Origin: Eledone cirrhosa
Taxonomy: Eukaryota
Assembly: GCA_964016885.1 (NCBI GenBank)
Contig: OZ024743.1
Location: 307,272,001 to 307,336,000 of the forward strand
Reading direction: 5' to 3'
DNA length: 64,000 bases
The notes under the pieces are model-generated. The model did not search any database. It was not told where the DNA came from and saw only the letters and a program-made list of their open reading frames with translations. This document shows, piece after piece, positions 11,711 to 24,639 of the stretch. Each line of letters begins with the position of its first letter. The stretch's first letter is position 1. A program made the translations under genes and the position numbers.

Positions 11711-14700
11711 TGTGTGTGTGTGTGACTATGTATACATTTATTTAATGTTTGATTATAATGTAGTATTATTTCTAGCATCATCATCATCATCTTCATTATT
11801 GTAAATGGTGTTGTTTATTGTTGTTGTTGCCTTTGATCACAACAGCATCATAAAAGAAAGCAGCAAATACCACCTTCATCACTAGACATTCTGGTGCTAG
11901 TCTGGGCAGGGGCAAAGGAACTGACAATTGCAGAGGAAGTAATGGATCACATGCTGAGATTTAGTGGTAAATATGTCAACAATTAAGTATTGGAACCTTA
12001 TCCAAAGCCTACAAAAATCAACCAATCAGAAGGCTGATATATCTACTACTAGAACCTAATAAATATAGAGATTCATATGCCTGCTGCCATCACAACAGGA
12101 TAGTAATACATGGCCAGCAACATATCCCATAGATTATATAACTGCACCTATGATCATGTAAGAATCTGATGAAGTCACATGCATAACCAAGTAACAGAAA
12201 TATATATCATGCAATAAAACAATTATGGTGAAATAATCCTGTTTTAACTATTAATCAACAACTCTTAGGTGGGATAAACTACTGACATGAAGTGCTTTTG
12301 GATCGCTCGGACCGGTTTATCATCAAGAAGTTACAAAGTAACAACTGTGAATAAACAACTTATATATTGCAAAGTTGGACCAACCATGTAAACTCTCATA
12401 TCTGAAGAAATGTCAATTAAGAGTTGGGATCTGAATCACATGATCAAACCCGAGCTGATCGATATGGAAACAATTTGTAATCATCATCATCATCATTTTA
12501 CGTCCGCTTTTCCCTGCTTGCAAGGGTTGGACGGGTCCTATTCAGCACAGCATCTCTCCACTTGTCACAGTCCTTCATCATCTCCTCTGTGAGTTTCAGC
12601 GATCTGTGGTCTGCTCTCACCACCTCCGCCCATGTTTTTCGTGGTCTACCTCTACTGCGTCTTCCTTCTACTGAGATTTCTTGGCACTTCTTTACCCAGC
12701 TGCAATTCTTAGTGTCCCTCTCTATATATATAGTGTATGTGATTCAGTGAATTTATAAGTTGTTGCTTATCATTTAGTCATTCCATTTAGTTAACCATGA
12801 TGTAATAGTATGAAAAGCACTCTACATTATGTAACTCATCCATCATTGATGTTGAATCCCGTGGCTGGCGCAGGAATGGAGTTAAATATCAATTTGATTA
12901 AAACAACAGGAGGCCAGACTGGTAACATTCTATATATATAATTCAATAGCCTGGTTACGTAAGATCCTGGCAACATCACCAGGTTTAGATTGCATTATTA
13001 GTTAATCACTAGAGGAATTAGAGCAAACATAAACAGAAAATATTGAAAATATTTGTTTCGAAGATGGCCTGCAAAATAGGTGTTATTGTTGCTGCAGACC
13101 ATCTCCAAACAAATAGCTCATCAATACAAAGCTTTGTGGGTTTGGTAGGTGCAACCAAGATGGGTGGTGGTGACATATATCCTGCTGTTCAAAGGTGAGG
13201 GACAATAAATTCTGTGTGAATACATACTGGCCAAAACCAGCTAAATGTGACAGTGGAGAAGATCAGATTAAAGGAGATATGTTCTAGGAGGGGTATACAA
13301 ATTTATAAAAAATTTAATAAAAAATAATAAAAATTTACCAAATTTAATAAAAAGTAATGAAAGTTGGGTTGAATGTCATGTTAAGTAAATGAACAAAAAT
13401 GAATTACGAAAAATATATTATGTAAAACTACATTAAGAAAAAAGAATACATACAAACAAAATATAAAATTTCTATTTTTTTTTTCTGAAATACAATCAAC
13501 TGCTGCTGTAGGAATCAAACAATATTATGATATAATCTAACAACTTAACCATCAGGCCATACACCTTCATACATACACACATATGTCATAATGACTGTTT
13601 AACGTCTATTTTCCATGTTTGTATAGGTTAGACAGTTGTCGCATGTTGAGGTCAGATAACTAGGTCTTGTTCATACACTTTGTTTTGGCTTGTTTTCTAC
13701 AGCTGGATGCCTTTCCTAATGCCAGCCACTCTACAGAGTGTACTGGGAACTTTTGTAGTGGCACATACACACACACACGTGCACACACATATATATATTA
13801 ACCCATGCTACCATGGAAAAATGGATGTTAAACGGTGATGATGATGACTCCATGAACATAGCTTTGTTACAGCTATTTACACAACAATACAAGATGGAGA
13901 GTACCTGTAATTCAAAAGGCCAGCCTTAATATTCCCTGTGTAATGCTGAATCTTCTTGACAATTACTTTAAGGGCACACGTGTCTGTGGAATGCTCAGCC
14001 ATTTTCATGTTCCACTCATCGAACCCCTGGAACATTCATTTTCAAAACCAAAGGAGATCAATTCACCTAGATCTTGTGGTACTCCAGTATGGTCATAGCT
14101 ATGGTAGCTGAAAAAACGAACAATGGATACAAACAGAGAAATAGACTAAAAGAGAATTTCATAAACAACTAGGGAAAAAGTAGGGAATGGTATTTAAATC
14201 ATTAATATTATTTGATTGATCTTTACTTATTAAAAATATCATGGTTGATGAAAGTTTATAGGCTGAGAAAGATACTCTCCTGGAATGACCAAATGAGGCT
14301 TACTTTTCAACATAATCCCTGGAAATAAACAATGCAGTTATTAATAAGAGTTGAAATTAATGCATGCAAGATTTCACAGCTCTAGCATCACTCCTTCATA
14401 GTTAGTCAACCTATGAACTTTTTAGCTGACCCTCGTCACTACAACCATCGAAAAATCTTTCGTGTAAAATATTTCCCATTCACAGCTAGTGTCAGATTTA
14501 GGACAAATGAGGCCCTGTGCTAGTTAAGTTATGAGGCCTCTTACTTGGACCCTGAAGGAGATTAAAAAAATGTTTCACCCACCCCCACATTGTGCCAGGG
14601 TTATAAATCAATAAATTATTTAGAATTTTAAAATATTTGTAAATGTTTTTATTTTACTCTTTCTATAATAGTCCAAATCTTATCCATCATCATCGTTTAA

Positions 14701-15302
14701 CGTCTATTTTCCATGTTAGCATGGGTAGGACAGGCTATCCCATTGTGAGAGATCCAGGTCAAAGGACATGATCACTCACACAGAACTGATTTGGGCTTGA
14801 TTTTTATGACTGGATGCCCTTCCTAACGTGAATCACATTTACAGTGTGTGGCGAATACTTTTTGTAGTGACACCTACATGACGACTTTACAGTGTGGCCT
14901 AGGTACCTTTGGTCATGTCGCCAACACAACCACTTTACAGTGTGTGCTAATAATCAATAAAGTGGTTGGTGGTAGGAAGGGCCTCCAGCCCACAGTAAAC
15001 TTGACAAACAAAGGGCTAAGAGGACTCTTCAGTTGTGTTAAAAACATGACAAACTCTGTAGAGTAATGCCATGAATGAATACATCCAGTACATTCTATAG
15101 AGTGCAGGGAATGTATGTAAGCAAGATATGGGGGCCCCTCAACTGTCTGAGAGGTCAGTAGGTCTAATTAAGTATTAACTTGGTCTGTGATGACTCGTCC
15201 TACCCTTGTTAGCAGGGTAAACGGATATTAAATAACAATGATGATGATTTCTATAATACTTCGATTTTTTATTAAATTTCTTATATTTTCTTTTTTTTCC
15301 AG

Positions 15303-15413
15303 TTTCCCTCCTAATTATGTGCAAGGTCCAAATTCTATAAACTGGTTATATTCTGCTCTCAACGAAAGTTGGTCAAACTGGCTTCCTCAAAACACATATA
15401 ATACCATTGCAAA
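15303..15413 (+). CDS. SMPD1: Acid sphingomyelinase-like gene, first exon found in window (FPPNYVQGPNSINWLYSALNESWSNWLPQNTYNTIA)
   Basis: Polypyrimidine+AG at 15301-2 and GTAAG at 15414. Translation matches human ASM [29 protein letters not shown]. Upstream exons (saposin domain, GNHE motif) not found in the window. Confidence 0.9.
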
Positions 15414-16164
15414 GTAAGTTTAAACTGTTAATTTCATTTACATATATGTAACCGATCTCAGACTTTTACGAAGGGTTAGTCCAATAAATTTACATTTTAA
15501 AAAAACTGCGATTTTGCTATCTAATTTAAGATGGTCGGAGTTGTTATGGTCCATTTTGGAACCATGGTAATGGCTGATCAAAGATCTTGATAAAATACCA
15601 TTATGGATTCCTCACTCCTGGAGAGAGTTTGAGCATAAATGGAAAATATAATCAAAGAACAGCTGTGTAGTAAGGTAACTCTGAGGACCATGACTCTGTC
15701 ACTAACACCATAGGGTTGTTCTAGATAGCTGATTAGCCAAGTTTCTGATCCCCATGTGAATACATACCACATGATCATTTCACTACTTCCAGAGCTTAAA
15801 AAATTATCAGTTTCAGAGTAAATAATGCTAACATAAGAACAACACAAGGTATTCAGCTTCAACTTAGTTTCCTTAACTTGTCTTTTGATGAAGGGATTTT
15901 ATCCTGAAATATTAAGGACTAATTAAATACTTTCAAGGTAACATTCCTACAACTTTGTTATCATTATTTTTAACATTTAATGTCCTTGTAGCATTGCTGT
16001 AGACCTCCCTCTAAAAAAACACTCTATGTAAACATTTATAATGAAACAATTTTGTATCATAGAACCAGGAGCTGTTTCAGGACATTCATATTAAAAGGTT
16101 TAAATGTAAACACAAACACTTGTACTACTTTGTATCTTCATTTATTTGTTATTTTCTTCTTCAG

Positions 16165-16245
16165 TGGTGCTTTTTACACAGTTTCTCCCTATCCTGGATT
16201 CAGAATTATATCCCTTAATACCAATTATTGTAACAATCTAAACTG
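16165..16245 (+). CDS. SMPD1: SMPD1-like exon (GAFYTVSPYPGFRIISLNTNYCNNLN)
   Basis: ttcttcAG / GTAAG boundaries. Matches ASM [22 protein letters not shown]. Phase consistent with neighbouring exons. Confidence 0.93.
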
Positions 16246-17167
16246 GTAAGTTGTCCTTAATTATTATGTCTTTAATGCTTTCAGTCATGAGATTGTGGCC
16301 ATAATGGGACACCATTACCATGGATAAATTTGATCAATCATATCAACCCAACTACTAAGTTATGTAACATAAACATTGACACAAACACAAGCGTAAACAC
16401 ACACACACATATACAAATATATATATATACACAAAGGGCTTATGTTAGTTCCATCTGCCATAGTTCACTCACAAAGCATTATAAGTTACCTCCAAGGTAT
16501 AGTAGAAACACTTGCCCAAGGTTCCTCAAAGTGGTACTGAACCTGAAGTTATCTGGTTACAAAACTAACTCCTTAATCATACAGCTATGCCTAATGGAAA
16601 GGAAGGGAAGCCAATAATATTGACCCAGTACATGACTGGTACTTCATTTCATTGTCCCTGGAAGGATGAAAGGCAAAGTTGACCTGGACAGGGTTTGAAC
16701 TCAGAATGGAGAAAGTCATTACAAAACACTGCAAAGAATTTTGTCCACTGCTCTACTGACTCTGTCAATCTAACCCCAGACAGATACAATAATAACTCTT
16801 TCTAACATTTGCAATAAGAACTGATACAGGTTGAAGAAGACTCTTGAGTTCAGTAAAACAACTTCTCTAGTGCTGGTGTCACAAATAATGCACCCAGTCC
16901 ATGTTGTAAAGTGGTTGGTGATAGGAAGGGCATCCAGCCAGAAGAAAACCTTTAAAAATATCAGCAATTTGGGGGAAAAGAAAGTCAATTTCATTGACCC
17001 CAGTATTTAACTGGTACTTTAATTTATCGACCCCAGGAGGATAAAAGGCAAAGCTAACTTTGGCAGGATTTGGAATCAAAATGTAAAGAGCTGAGCCAAA
17101 TACCACAAGGCATTTTGTCTGACTTGCTTACATGTCTGCCAATCCAGCAACAAAAACAATAATAATG

Positions 17168-17216
<49 letters not shown>

Positions 17217-17479
17217 TCCTCCTCCTTCTTCTTCTTCTTCACAAAGGTTCTTATATAAACAATTTAAAATAAACATTATTGTATCATAGACCCAAGGGTG
17301 GTTTGGTATTAAAAGGGTGAAGTATTTTCGTTCTTCATTCTAAATATATCATGCTGCCTGTCTTAAGGAGTCATGCTATCTCTCTAAAAGTGCCATGTTT
17401 TTTGAAGGTCAGTTAATATACGTGTCATAGGGCAATACTTCATTTCAATATTGTTATAGTGTGTGGTCAACAGGATTTA

Positions 17480-18140
17480 TAGAGTTCTTCTTCAATCACT
17501 TATTCCTGAGAGGCTCGTTGGTGCAGGGTCTTCAAACACTCCTTCCTCAAGTTCCTGTCAGAAGCAACTATCTCCAATTGATCTGGCTGGATCCCCAAGT
17601 GAGACCAGCCAAGTTCATCTTGCTCTGGGTCTCATGCTGGTTTGTTTTGTCTGTAAAAGCTGTCCAGCAATTCTTTCCTGGGGCATTCTAAGCACATGCC
17701 CATAGTAATGGAGCTGTTATCTCTCAGTTTGGAGAAACAGCAGCTCTACCTGGAGTGACTTTGATATCAGAGTTACACACTCTATCAAGTAATGTTACTG
17801 CAAAAACCCTTTGGAGGAACCTCATTTCAGCCTTTTGTATTCACGATTGTATTCTTTTGGTCATTACCCAAGATTTATAACCATAGGTAAGAGTTGGCAT
17901 AAATACCAAATCGAAGGTAGCAAGTTAGGCTTTTACACCTACTTCCTTTCTTTCGATGACTGAATGCTGAAGCTGGTGCATTACTGCACCAGCTCCTGTA
18001 ATTCTTGCATTTAATTCAGCCTCCTGTTTTCCATCACTCATGAACAAGGCCTCAGGATACTTGAACTTCATCTGCTTCAGTGGAATTTCACTCACATATA
18101 GAGCACACTGTGCAGGCTTTCTTGAGAGGACAAGTGGCAA
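17480..18140 (-). mobile_element. Rex3/Expander-like RTE 3' fragment with (GAA)n tail
   Basis: FKY...ELNARI..AGAVM.QL. Homologous to 36690-37290, 41225-41347 and 60040-60622. Confidence 0.7.
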
Positions 18141-18204
18141 TAATAATAATTTAGTGTTCAGATTTTGAATTGAAATATTAATGTATTTAAATTGGTTGAG
18201 ATAT

Positions 18205-18613
18205 ACTATATATACTTAAATATAAGCCAAAGAATATATGACCAAAAACATCAATGGTAAAATGGGAAGGCTGGCTCAAAATTGCACTATCTAACCATGT
18301 GTTGATTAGTTGCCTCAGCTTATAACAGGGTTTGGATTTTTGCCAATTTCTCACACATAAAATAGAATGGCTTATACTCAAGTATATATAGTAATTGTCA
18401 TATTTATTCATGTATAATAAACACTTCTTTTTCTAGATTTGTAAACCTAGAAATTTGATGTGTACATTATACTCAAGAGGTATATGTCACCTATTTTTTC
18501 TTGGTTCTAAATATGGGGGAATATTTGGGATGGCATAAGTAAGTTATATCTATTGTCAGATGATGATAATGATGAAAATACAGGAGTCAACTTATATTCG
18601 AGTATATACAGTA
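18205..18613. mobile_element. pogo/Tigger-like non-autonomous element(s)
   Basis: Degenerate TATATACTCGAGTATAAG-type ends. Homologous to 52190-52280 and 54640-54820, where the CR1 copy appears nested. Confidence 0.5.
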
Positions 18614-18634
18614 AATGTATGTTATTGTTATTAG

Positions 18635-18722
18635 GTGGCTCCTGATTAATATGACTGATCCAAATAGTGAATTATCGTGGCTCATGAATGTCCTTCAAAA
18701 AGCTGAAGTCAGAAATGAAAAG
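18635..18722 (+). CDS. SMPD1: SMPD1-like exon (WLLINMTDPNSELSWLMNVLQKAEVRNEK)
   Basis: ttAG / GTAAG boundaries. Matches ASM [29 protein letters not shown]. Confidence 0.93.
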
Positions 18723-19181
18723 GTAAGTAAAAATTTTAATTTACTTTTATTGTTTTGATATTTTCATTTTATGAAGCTTAGTGGTTAGGGTATTTAGCTT
18801 GGGATTATAAGGTCATCAGCTCAAATACCAGCAGTGCATTGTTCTTGAGCAAGACATTTTATTTCACATTGTTTCCTTGAGCCACACACATTGCTTTAAT
18901 CCATTCAGCTGGAAAAAAATGAATTATATCTATAATTCAAAGGCTCAGCCATGTCACACATTGTGTTATGCTGAATCTCCCTGAGAATTATGTTATTGGT
19001 AGGCATGGCTTTAAAATGCTCAGTCATTTGCATGTTAAGTTCATTTCATGAGCAGACTGTTCTTTTGATCATATCAACTGAAGCACTTGCCATCAGAACT
19101 GACAGAGGCCCAACAGACACAACACCTTCTGTCTATTAACTCTTTACTATTGTAATTCCTAATTTGAACAGCTTGTCTTAA

Positions 19182-20649
19182 CCCTTTAGCATTCAAAGCG
19201 TCAAAAACCGACAAGATTATGTCCCCTTTCATTTATTCAAACCGACAAAAACCGACATTTAATACCACACGGAGATTTCCTTCTAAAAATAAACATTGAC
19301 ATCATCGAAATCTCGTCAATTCGAGATTACTGCGAGATAAAACCCTTACGCGCGAAAATTAACTCTTAGTATAGTTAAAGAACTTGCGATAACACGTGTT
19401 TTTAACGTTGAAAGTGTAACATGGCTTCCGAAAGTAGCGACAACGAATTTGAAGGTTTTACGTCCGACGACATTCGAGATAAAAAAAAACAGAAGATAAT
19501 ATCAGTGATTTATCTTCAAACGAATCAGATATATTTATTTCTGATATATCTGATAATGATGATAGTTACTTTGAAAGTGAAAGAGAAGATTTGACTGACA
19601 CCATTGAAAAAATAGCAACGTGGTTGAAAGAAACAACATCGATACATGTTTCGGATTTTACTGAAAATATTGGACCACAACACACATTACCACCCGATGC
19701 TAAAGCACTGGATTATTATTTTTTATTTTTACCACAATCTTTCTTCGAAGTTGTGGCAAATCGCTATGCACAACGACAAATTTCTAATATCGGAAAACCC
19801 GATCTGTTATGTTGTCCGACAGATTCTGCCGAAATGAAAGCGTTTTTTACCATAAATATTATGTTTGGTATTAAACAATTTCCACGACTGTGGAATTATT
19901 GGAGTACTGATATAAGGTTTGGTGACCCTTATATATCTAGTATTATGGCAAAAACGAGATTCATTAAATTAAACCAGTATTTGCATCTGGTTGATATTTC
20001 AAATGCCCCTGGTAGAAATGAATCAAATTACGACCCACTGTACAAAGTACGACCATTAATTGAAATATTGTCAGAAAAATTTAAAAGTGTGTATAAACTT
20101 ATACATTGGGAACTTTCTATTACGTAATTTTACACCGTACATTTACAGAGTACATTGCCAATATTATTTTGACCGGTGAAAAGGTTTTATACATTTTTTT
20201 CAATGAAAATATTTGCCTGGAATGTAGAGAAAGACTAAAACCGTGTACTGATTAGACCTGCATTTTTAATTAATTCACCTGTTCAGAAAACTGCTAGAAT
20301 TGATGGAAATCAGCATCTAGGTCATTATTGGATTTTTTGGCAACAAATCTAACAGATAAGGCAGATAAAGTTTAAATTTTTGTGTTTATCCATGAAGTTA
20401 TTACTTTTACACCTGTTAATTAATTTCACCTGCCCATAAAAGTCAAATTTAACAAAAAAAATCAGGTAAAAATATATAATTGTAAATTATAGTTATTTAA
20501 ACATCTACTGACAAAATTTCAAGTCTGCACATAGAAAATTAAAGTAATTACAAACAAATAAAATTGATAACCCTCTTGAGTATAATTAAGTGAAAATAAT
20601 GCGAATAGATGAACATGACATTTGACAATTCAATGTGAATGCTAAAGGG
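19182..20649 (+). mobile_element. piggyBac transposon, internally deleted, in an SMPD1 intron
   Basis: TTAA TSDs (19178-81, 20650-53) and perfect 14-bp TIRs CCCTTTAGCATTCA. Acidic N-terminus from ATG 19421 (frameshifted). Partial transposase (EMKAFF.I.I..G...YWS...M...RF..L...LH...DPLYKVRPL) ends near 20100, before the catalytic Asp residues. Confidence 0.92.
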
Positions 20650-20682
20650 TTAAAATAATTCCACTGTTTTTTCTATTTATAG

Positions 20683-20765
20683 GTTCATATATTGGGCCAC
20701 ATACCACCTGGATGTGATGACTGTTTGAAGGCATGGAGCCACAATTATTACAAAATTATATCCAG
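20683..20765 (+). CDS. SMPD1: SMPD1-like exon (VHILGHIPPGCDDCLKAWSHNYYKIISR)
   Basis: tatAG / GTAAC boundaries. Contains the metallophosphoesterase GHIPP motif and matches ASM [26 protein letters not shown]. Confidence 0.95.
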
Positions 20766-21265
20766 GTAACACATTTTGATACCATCATCACCATCATTTT
20801 ATGTCCATTTTTCCACGCATGGGTTAAACGGATCTTTTTCAACACAGCAATCTCTCCACTCACTGCATTCCTTCAACATCTCCTCTATGAGTCTCAGCGA
20901 TTTGATATTGGCTCTCACCACCTCTGACCAGGTCTTTCTTGGTCTACCTCTACTGCAGCACCCTTCTACTGGGATTACCTGGCACTTCTTCACCAATTTG
21001 CCTAAAAATCACCCTGTCTCTATCATATAAGAGTGTGTGGGAGAAAGAGAGGGGGAGCAAGCAGGGGTGGAGGAGGTAGTGTCAGAGATGGGGTTAGTAT
21101 ATGTGAAAGAGAGAGGAAGACAGGAGAGAACAAACAAAAACAATATGATAGGTAAGAGACCTTTCATTAAAACCCTCAGTAAACCTCCTATGTGATGCAA
21201 CCACATAGAAGACTAACTAAACCTACATAGATGTGAACTGTAAATTTCATTTTCTTTTATTTCAG

Positions 21266-21467
21266 ATATGAAAGTACAATTGCAGCCCAGTTTTTTGGTC
21301 ACACTCATATGGATACCTTCGAAATATTTTATGATGTGTCTAATATGAAACGTCCAGTTAATGTTGCCTATATAGCTGGTAGTATTACGCCATATGTCCT
21401 CAACAAAGGTATTAATCCAAGTTATCGCATCTATGACATTGATGGGCCATATCCGAAAAGCTCCTGG
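21266..21467 (+). CDS. SMPD1: SMPD1-like exon ([23 protein letters not shown]...[19 protein letters not shown])
   Basis: ttcAG / GTGAG boundaries. GHTH metal-binding motif and NPxYR motif intact. Confidence 0.95.
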
Positions 21468-22270
21468 GTGAGTTTTTACAGTGATTTTAGTTAAATTATC
21501 ATCATCATCATCTTCATACTTCCACTTTTCCATGTTGGCAAGTGTTCAACAGGTCATCACACACCAAATCCATATATAATTAGAGCTACTGTCCTTCTAG
21601 ATAGGTAAAAGGGTTCCATTTTGGCATTGTTTCTACAGCAGGATGCTCTTCCTAGTGCCAACCACTTTACAAAGTGTACAGGGTGCATCCTATTGTGGCA
21701 CCAATTACTGGGAAGATTGACTTGTCCTTGACATGACTGAAGATTCCTCTCTACCCTTTTTGGGGTCTAGTTTCTATGGCTGGATGCCCTTCATTTAAGT
21801 GTTTATATTCATTTAAAAAGCTTCTATCATAATTTTATGTAAGAACTTTTAAGTTATGTCCCAAACACCAGCTTAACATTTTTTTATACTAAACCACCTG
21901 AAACCACCCCTGGTTCTATGATACAAAACTGTTTGCTTTAAAGTGTTTATATTTATCTAAAAACTTTCCATCATAATTTTATGTAAGAACCTTTGTTAAG
22001 TTATGTTCCAAACACCATCTAGAAGTGTTTTTATTTATCTGAAAACTTATTATAATTTTATGTAAGAACCTTTGTTAAGTTTTGTTCCAAACACCAGTTT
22101 AATAATGAGAAGTTTAGTTGTATTATTAATCAAAGGTAGTGTTTTTTATTTGGTAATAAAAGAGTTAATATTTTTCATGACAAATAAATATTTACACAAT
22201 TTAATGAAACATAAAAAATATGTTCTTTGTCAACATTAATGTTTTAAACTTTTTTTCCTACATCTTTCAG

Positions 22271-22360
22271 GCTGTACTGGACCACGAGAATTACTTTCTT
22301 AATTTAACTGCAGCAAACATCGAAGACAATCCTGTATGGCAGAAAGAATATAGTGCCAAA
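22271..22360 (+). CDS. SMPD1: SMPD1-like exon (AVLDHENYFLNLTAANIEDNPVWQKEYSAK)
   Basis: tttcAG / GTAAG boundaries. Matches ASM VVLDHETYILNLTQAN...WQLLYRAR. Confidence 0.93.
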
Positions 22361-22855
22361 GTAAGTGAACTTATCACAGAACATTGGAGTAAAATTATAG
22401 TCTTAGTTTATTCTTTTACACTTCAATCATACATATTGGCAGAGTTGTTAAGACATCAAATAGAATGCTTTATGGTATTCGTCCCACCTCATTGCACACT
22501 CTGAGTTCAAATCTTGCCGTGGTCAACTTTGCCTTTCATCCTTTTGAGGTCAATAAAAATAGTACCAATGCTGTACTGAGGTGGATTTTTCCTCTATTGA
22601 AAAATCAGCTGTGTTTTGACCTCTTGAGGGTTGGGCTCCACCAGGTTTAAAAGTGCCCTAGACATGCCATATGACAGTGCCTCTACGACCCCGTGAGGAG
22701 TTATGGGATATTTATCCTTATCCATACATGCAGCTTGCCTGTATGAAATTTGTCTGATTATTCAAAAAGAAAAGCACCATATATGGTGTCACCCATTAAA
22801 TTGTAATATATTGTTAACCTCACAAACAACATATTTTGATCTGTGTGTGTTTCAG

Positions 22856-22950
22856 GAGACCTACAATCTACCAAATTTAAATCCTGACAGTTGGAACAAA
22901 TTTATGAAAACCATGGAAAAAAATGTAACACTACTGCAACTTTTTAATAA
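22856..22950 (+). CDS. SMPD1: SMPD1-like exon (ETYNLPNLNPDSWNKFMKTMEKNVTLLQLFN)
   Basis: ttcAG / GTAAG boundaries. Matches ASM [20 protein letters not shown]. Confidence 0.9.
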
Positions 22951-24121
22951 GTAAGCATTCATCTAGCTTTGATATTCTTTATATTTCCTTTGGCTTCCTT
23001 GTGCTTGGTGCTCTTGTAAGTGATGTTGTTTAACCCAAGGCCATTTTTTTTTCAATAGACAGATCTATGATCCAGCTTGTCTTTATTTTCAGTAAGTTGT
23101 TGTGCTGCTACCATGACAAAAAGCACCCAGTCTGCCCTGTTAGGTGGTCATTTTGGTGCCACGATAATGGCATCTAGCCATTGAAACCAAGCTAAAATAC
23201 AAATCCGTTTGAACATAATATGGTCACCTGACCTGACATGCCTCATATCATGACAGTCTATCTAACCCATGCAAGTGTGGAAGATAGATTTTAAACGATG
23301 ATGATTATGATGATTGCTGTTATGAGTTAGTCTGAAAGAGAGGAGAGATGCAGAATGACAATCTGCTATATAAAATATTATTTTTAGAAGTTAGTGAATA
23401 TAAGGGGAACGTTTGTAATAGGAGCCACTCAGATTGGTCAGCTTGATATGACCAATGATCAGCTAGAACATCTGCAAGTGGAAGGAACTCTGTTTAACCC
23501 TTCTGATACCATGGTTCTATTATACTAAACCCTCCATCATAATTTTATGTAAGAACCTTTGTTAAGTTATATTCAAAACCACCCGAAACCAACCCTGGTT
23601 CTACAATACAAAAAATTGTTTCTTTTAAGGAGTTTATATTTATCTAAAAACCTTCCATCAAAATTTTCTGTAAGAATCTTTATTAAGTTATGCTCCAAAC
23701 TTAATAATGAAGAAGTTAGTTGTATTACTAAACCCATTCAAATTCTTGATTATTTTAAAAATGATTTAAAAATCATAGGCAATGTCTTTTATTAGAAATA
23801 TGGTAATGAAAAAGTTAATGACATAGGCAGTGTCCTTCATTAGAAATATGATAATAAAAAGTTTAAAGACATAGACAGTGTCTAGTAATGAAAGGGTTAA
23901 TGACATAGGCAGTGTCCTTCATTAGAAATATGGTAATGAAAAAGTTAAAGCCATAAAAAAAATTGTGGAAGATATTTACAATTCCACAAATATGCGGTAG
24001 TTTTCACCAACAATTATTAGTTAGATTCTAAGGAAAATTCCACGAATAACATTATATGATCTGATTTCAATTTGATTTTGAAATCAAATTTTTTCTCTTA
24101 ATTTTTCTGTTTGTTTTCTAG

Positions 24122-24287
24122 GTACAAGTACAAATCTATAGATAATGAAGAATGTTCTGCCAGTTGCCGTCACAATTTGTTGTGTGAATTACGTTCAGGC
24201 CGCTCACATGATCCCTCTCTTTGCAAAAACATAAGCATGACTATGGTCAACTTAACAGAAAGGATTTTTAATATTTTTAATTTTTAA
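24122..24287 (+). CDS. SMPD1: SMPD1-like terminal coding exon (YKYKSIDNEECSASCRHNLLCELRSGRSHDPSLCKNI...stop)
   Basis: tttctAG acceptor. Conserved C-terminal Cys pattern of ASM (CxxxC..LC..S.R...P.LC). First in-frame TAA at 24285-24287; an extra downstream exon cannot be excluded. Confidence 0.85.
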
Positions 24288-24639
24288 TTTTATTTTCGTT
24301 TTGAAAACATTTTAAAAGATATCTTCCCTCCTTTACCAATTATTTTTTTATATAATAAACCACATAATATTTTACAAGAAGAGAGTTGAGTTAGAAGGAA
24401 TGTATTTAAAAACTAATTGTACATACTTTCTTTAGAGAAATATCAAGAATGTTTTCATACTCTAGGCAAAGGCATTTCTGTGTAGTTAAAGAGTTTGCTT
24501 TACAACCACAGAGTTGGGGGTTCAATCCTGTTACACAGCATCTTGGGCAAGTGTCTTCTACTATACCTTCGGGTTGACAAATGTCTTGTGAGTGAAATTT
24601 TGAAATTAGAATTAATGGAAACTGTGTGGAAGCCTGTCA

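Noticed and set aside
12770-12845. Minus-strand GGATGAG-hairpin-TAAA in a TA-flanked island (similar cases near 57065-57100 and 58570-58615)
   Set aside because: Multiple invariant core positions are altered, so they are too degenerate to call hammerheads.
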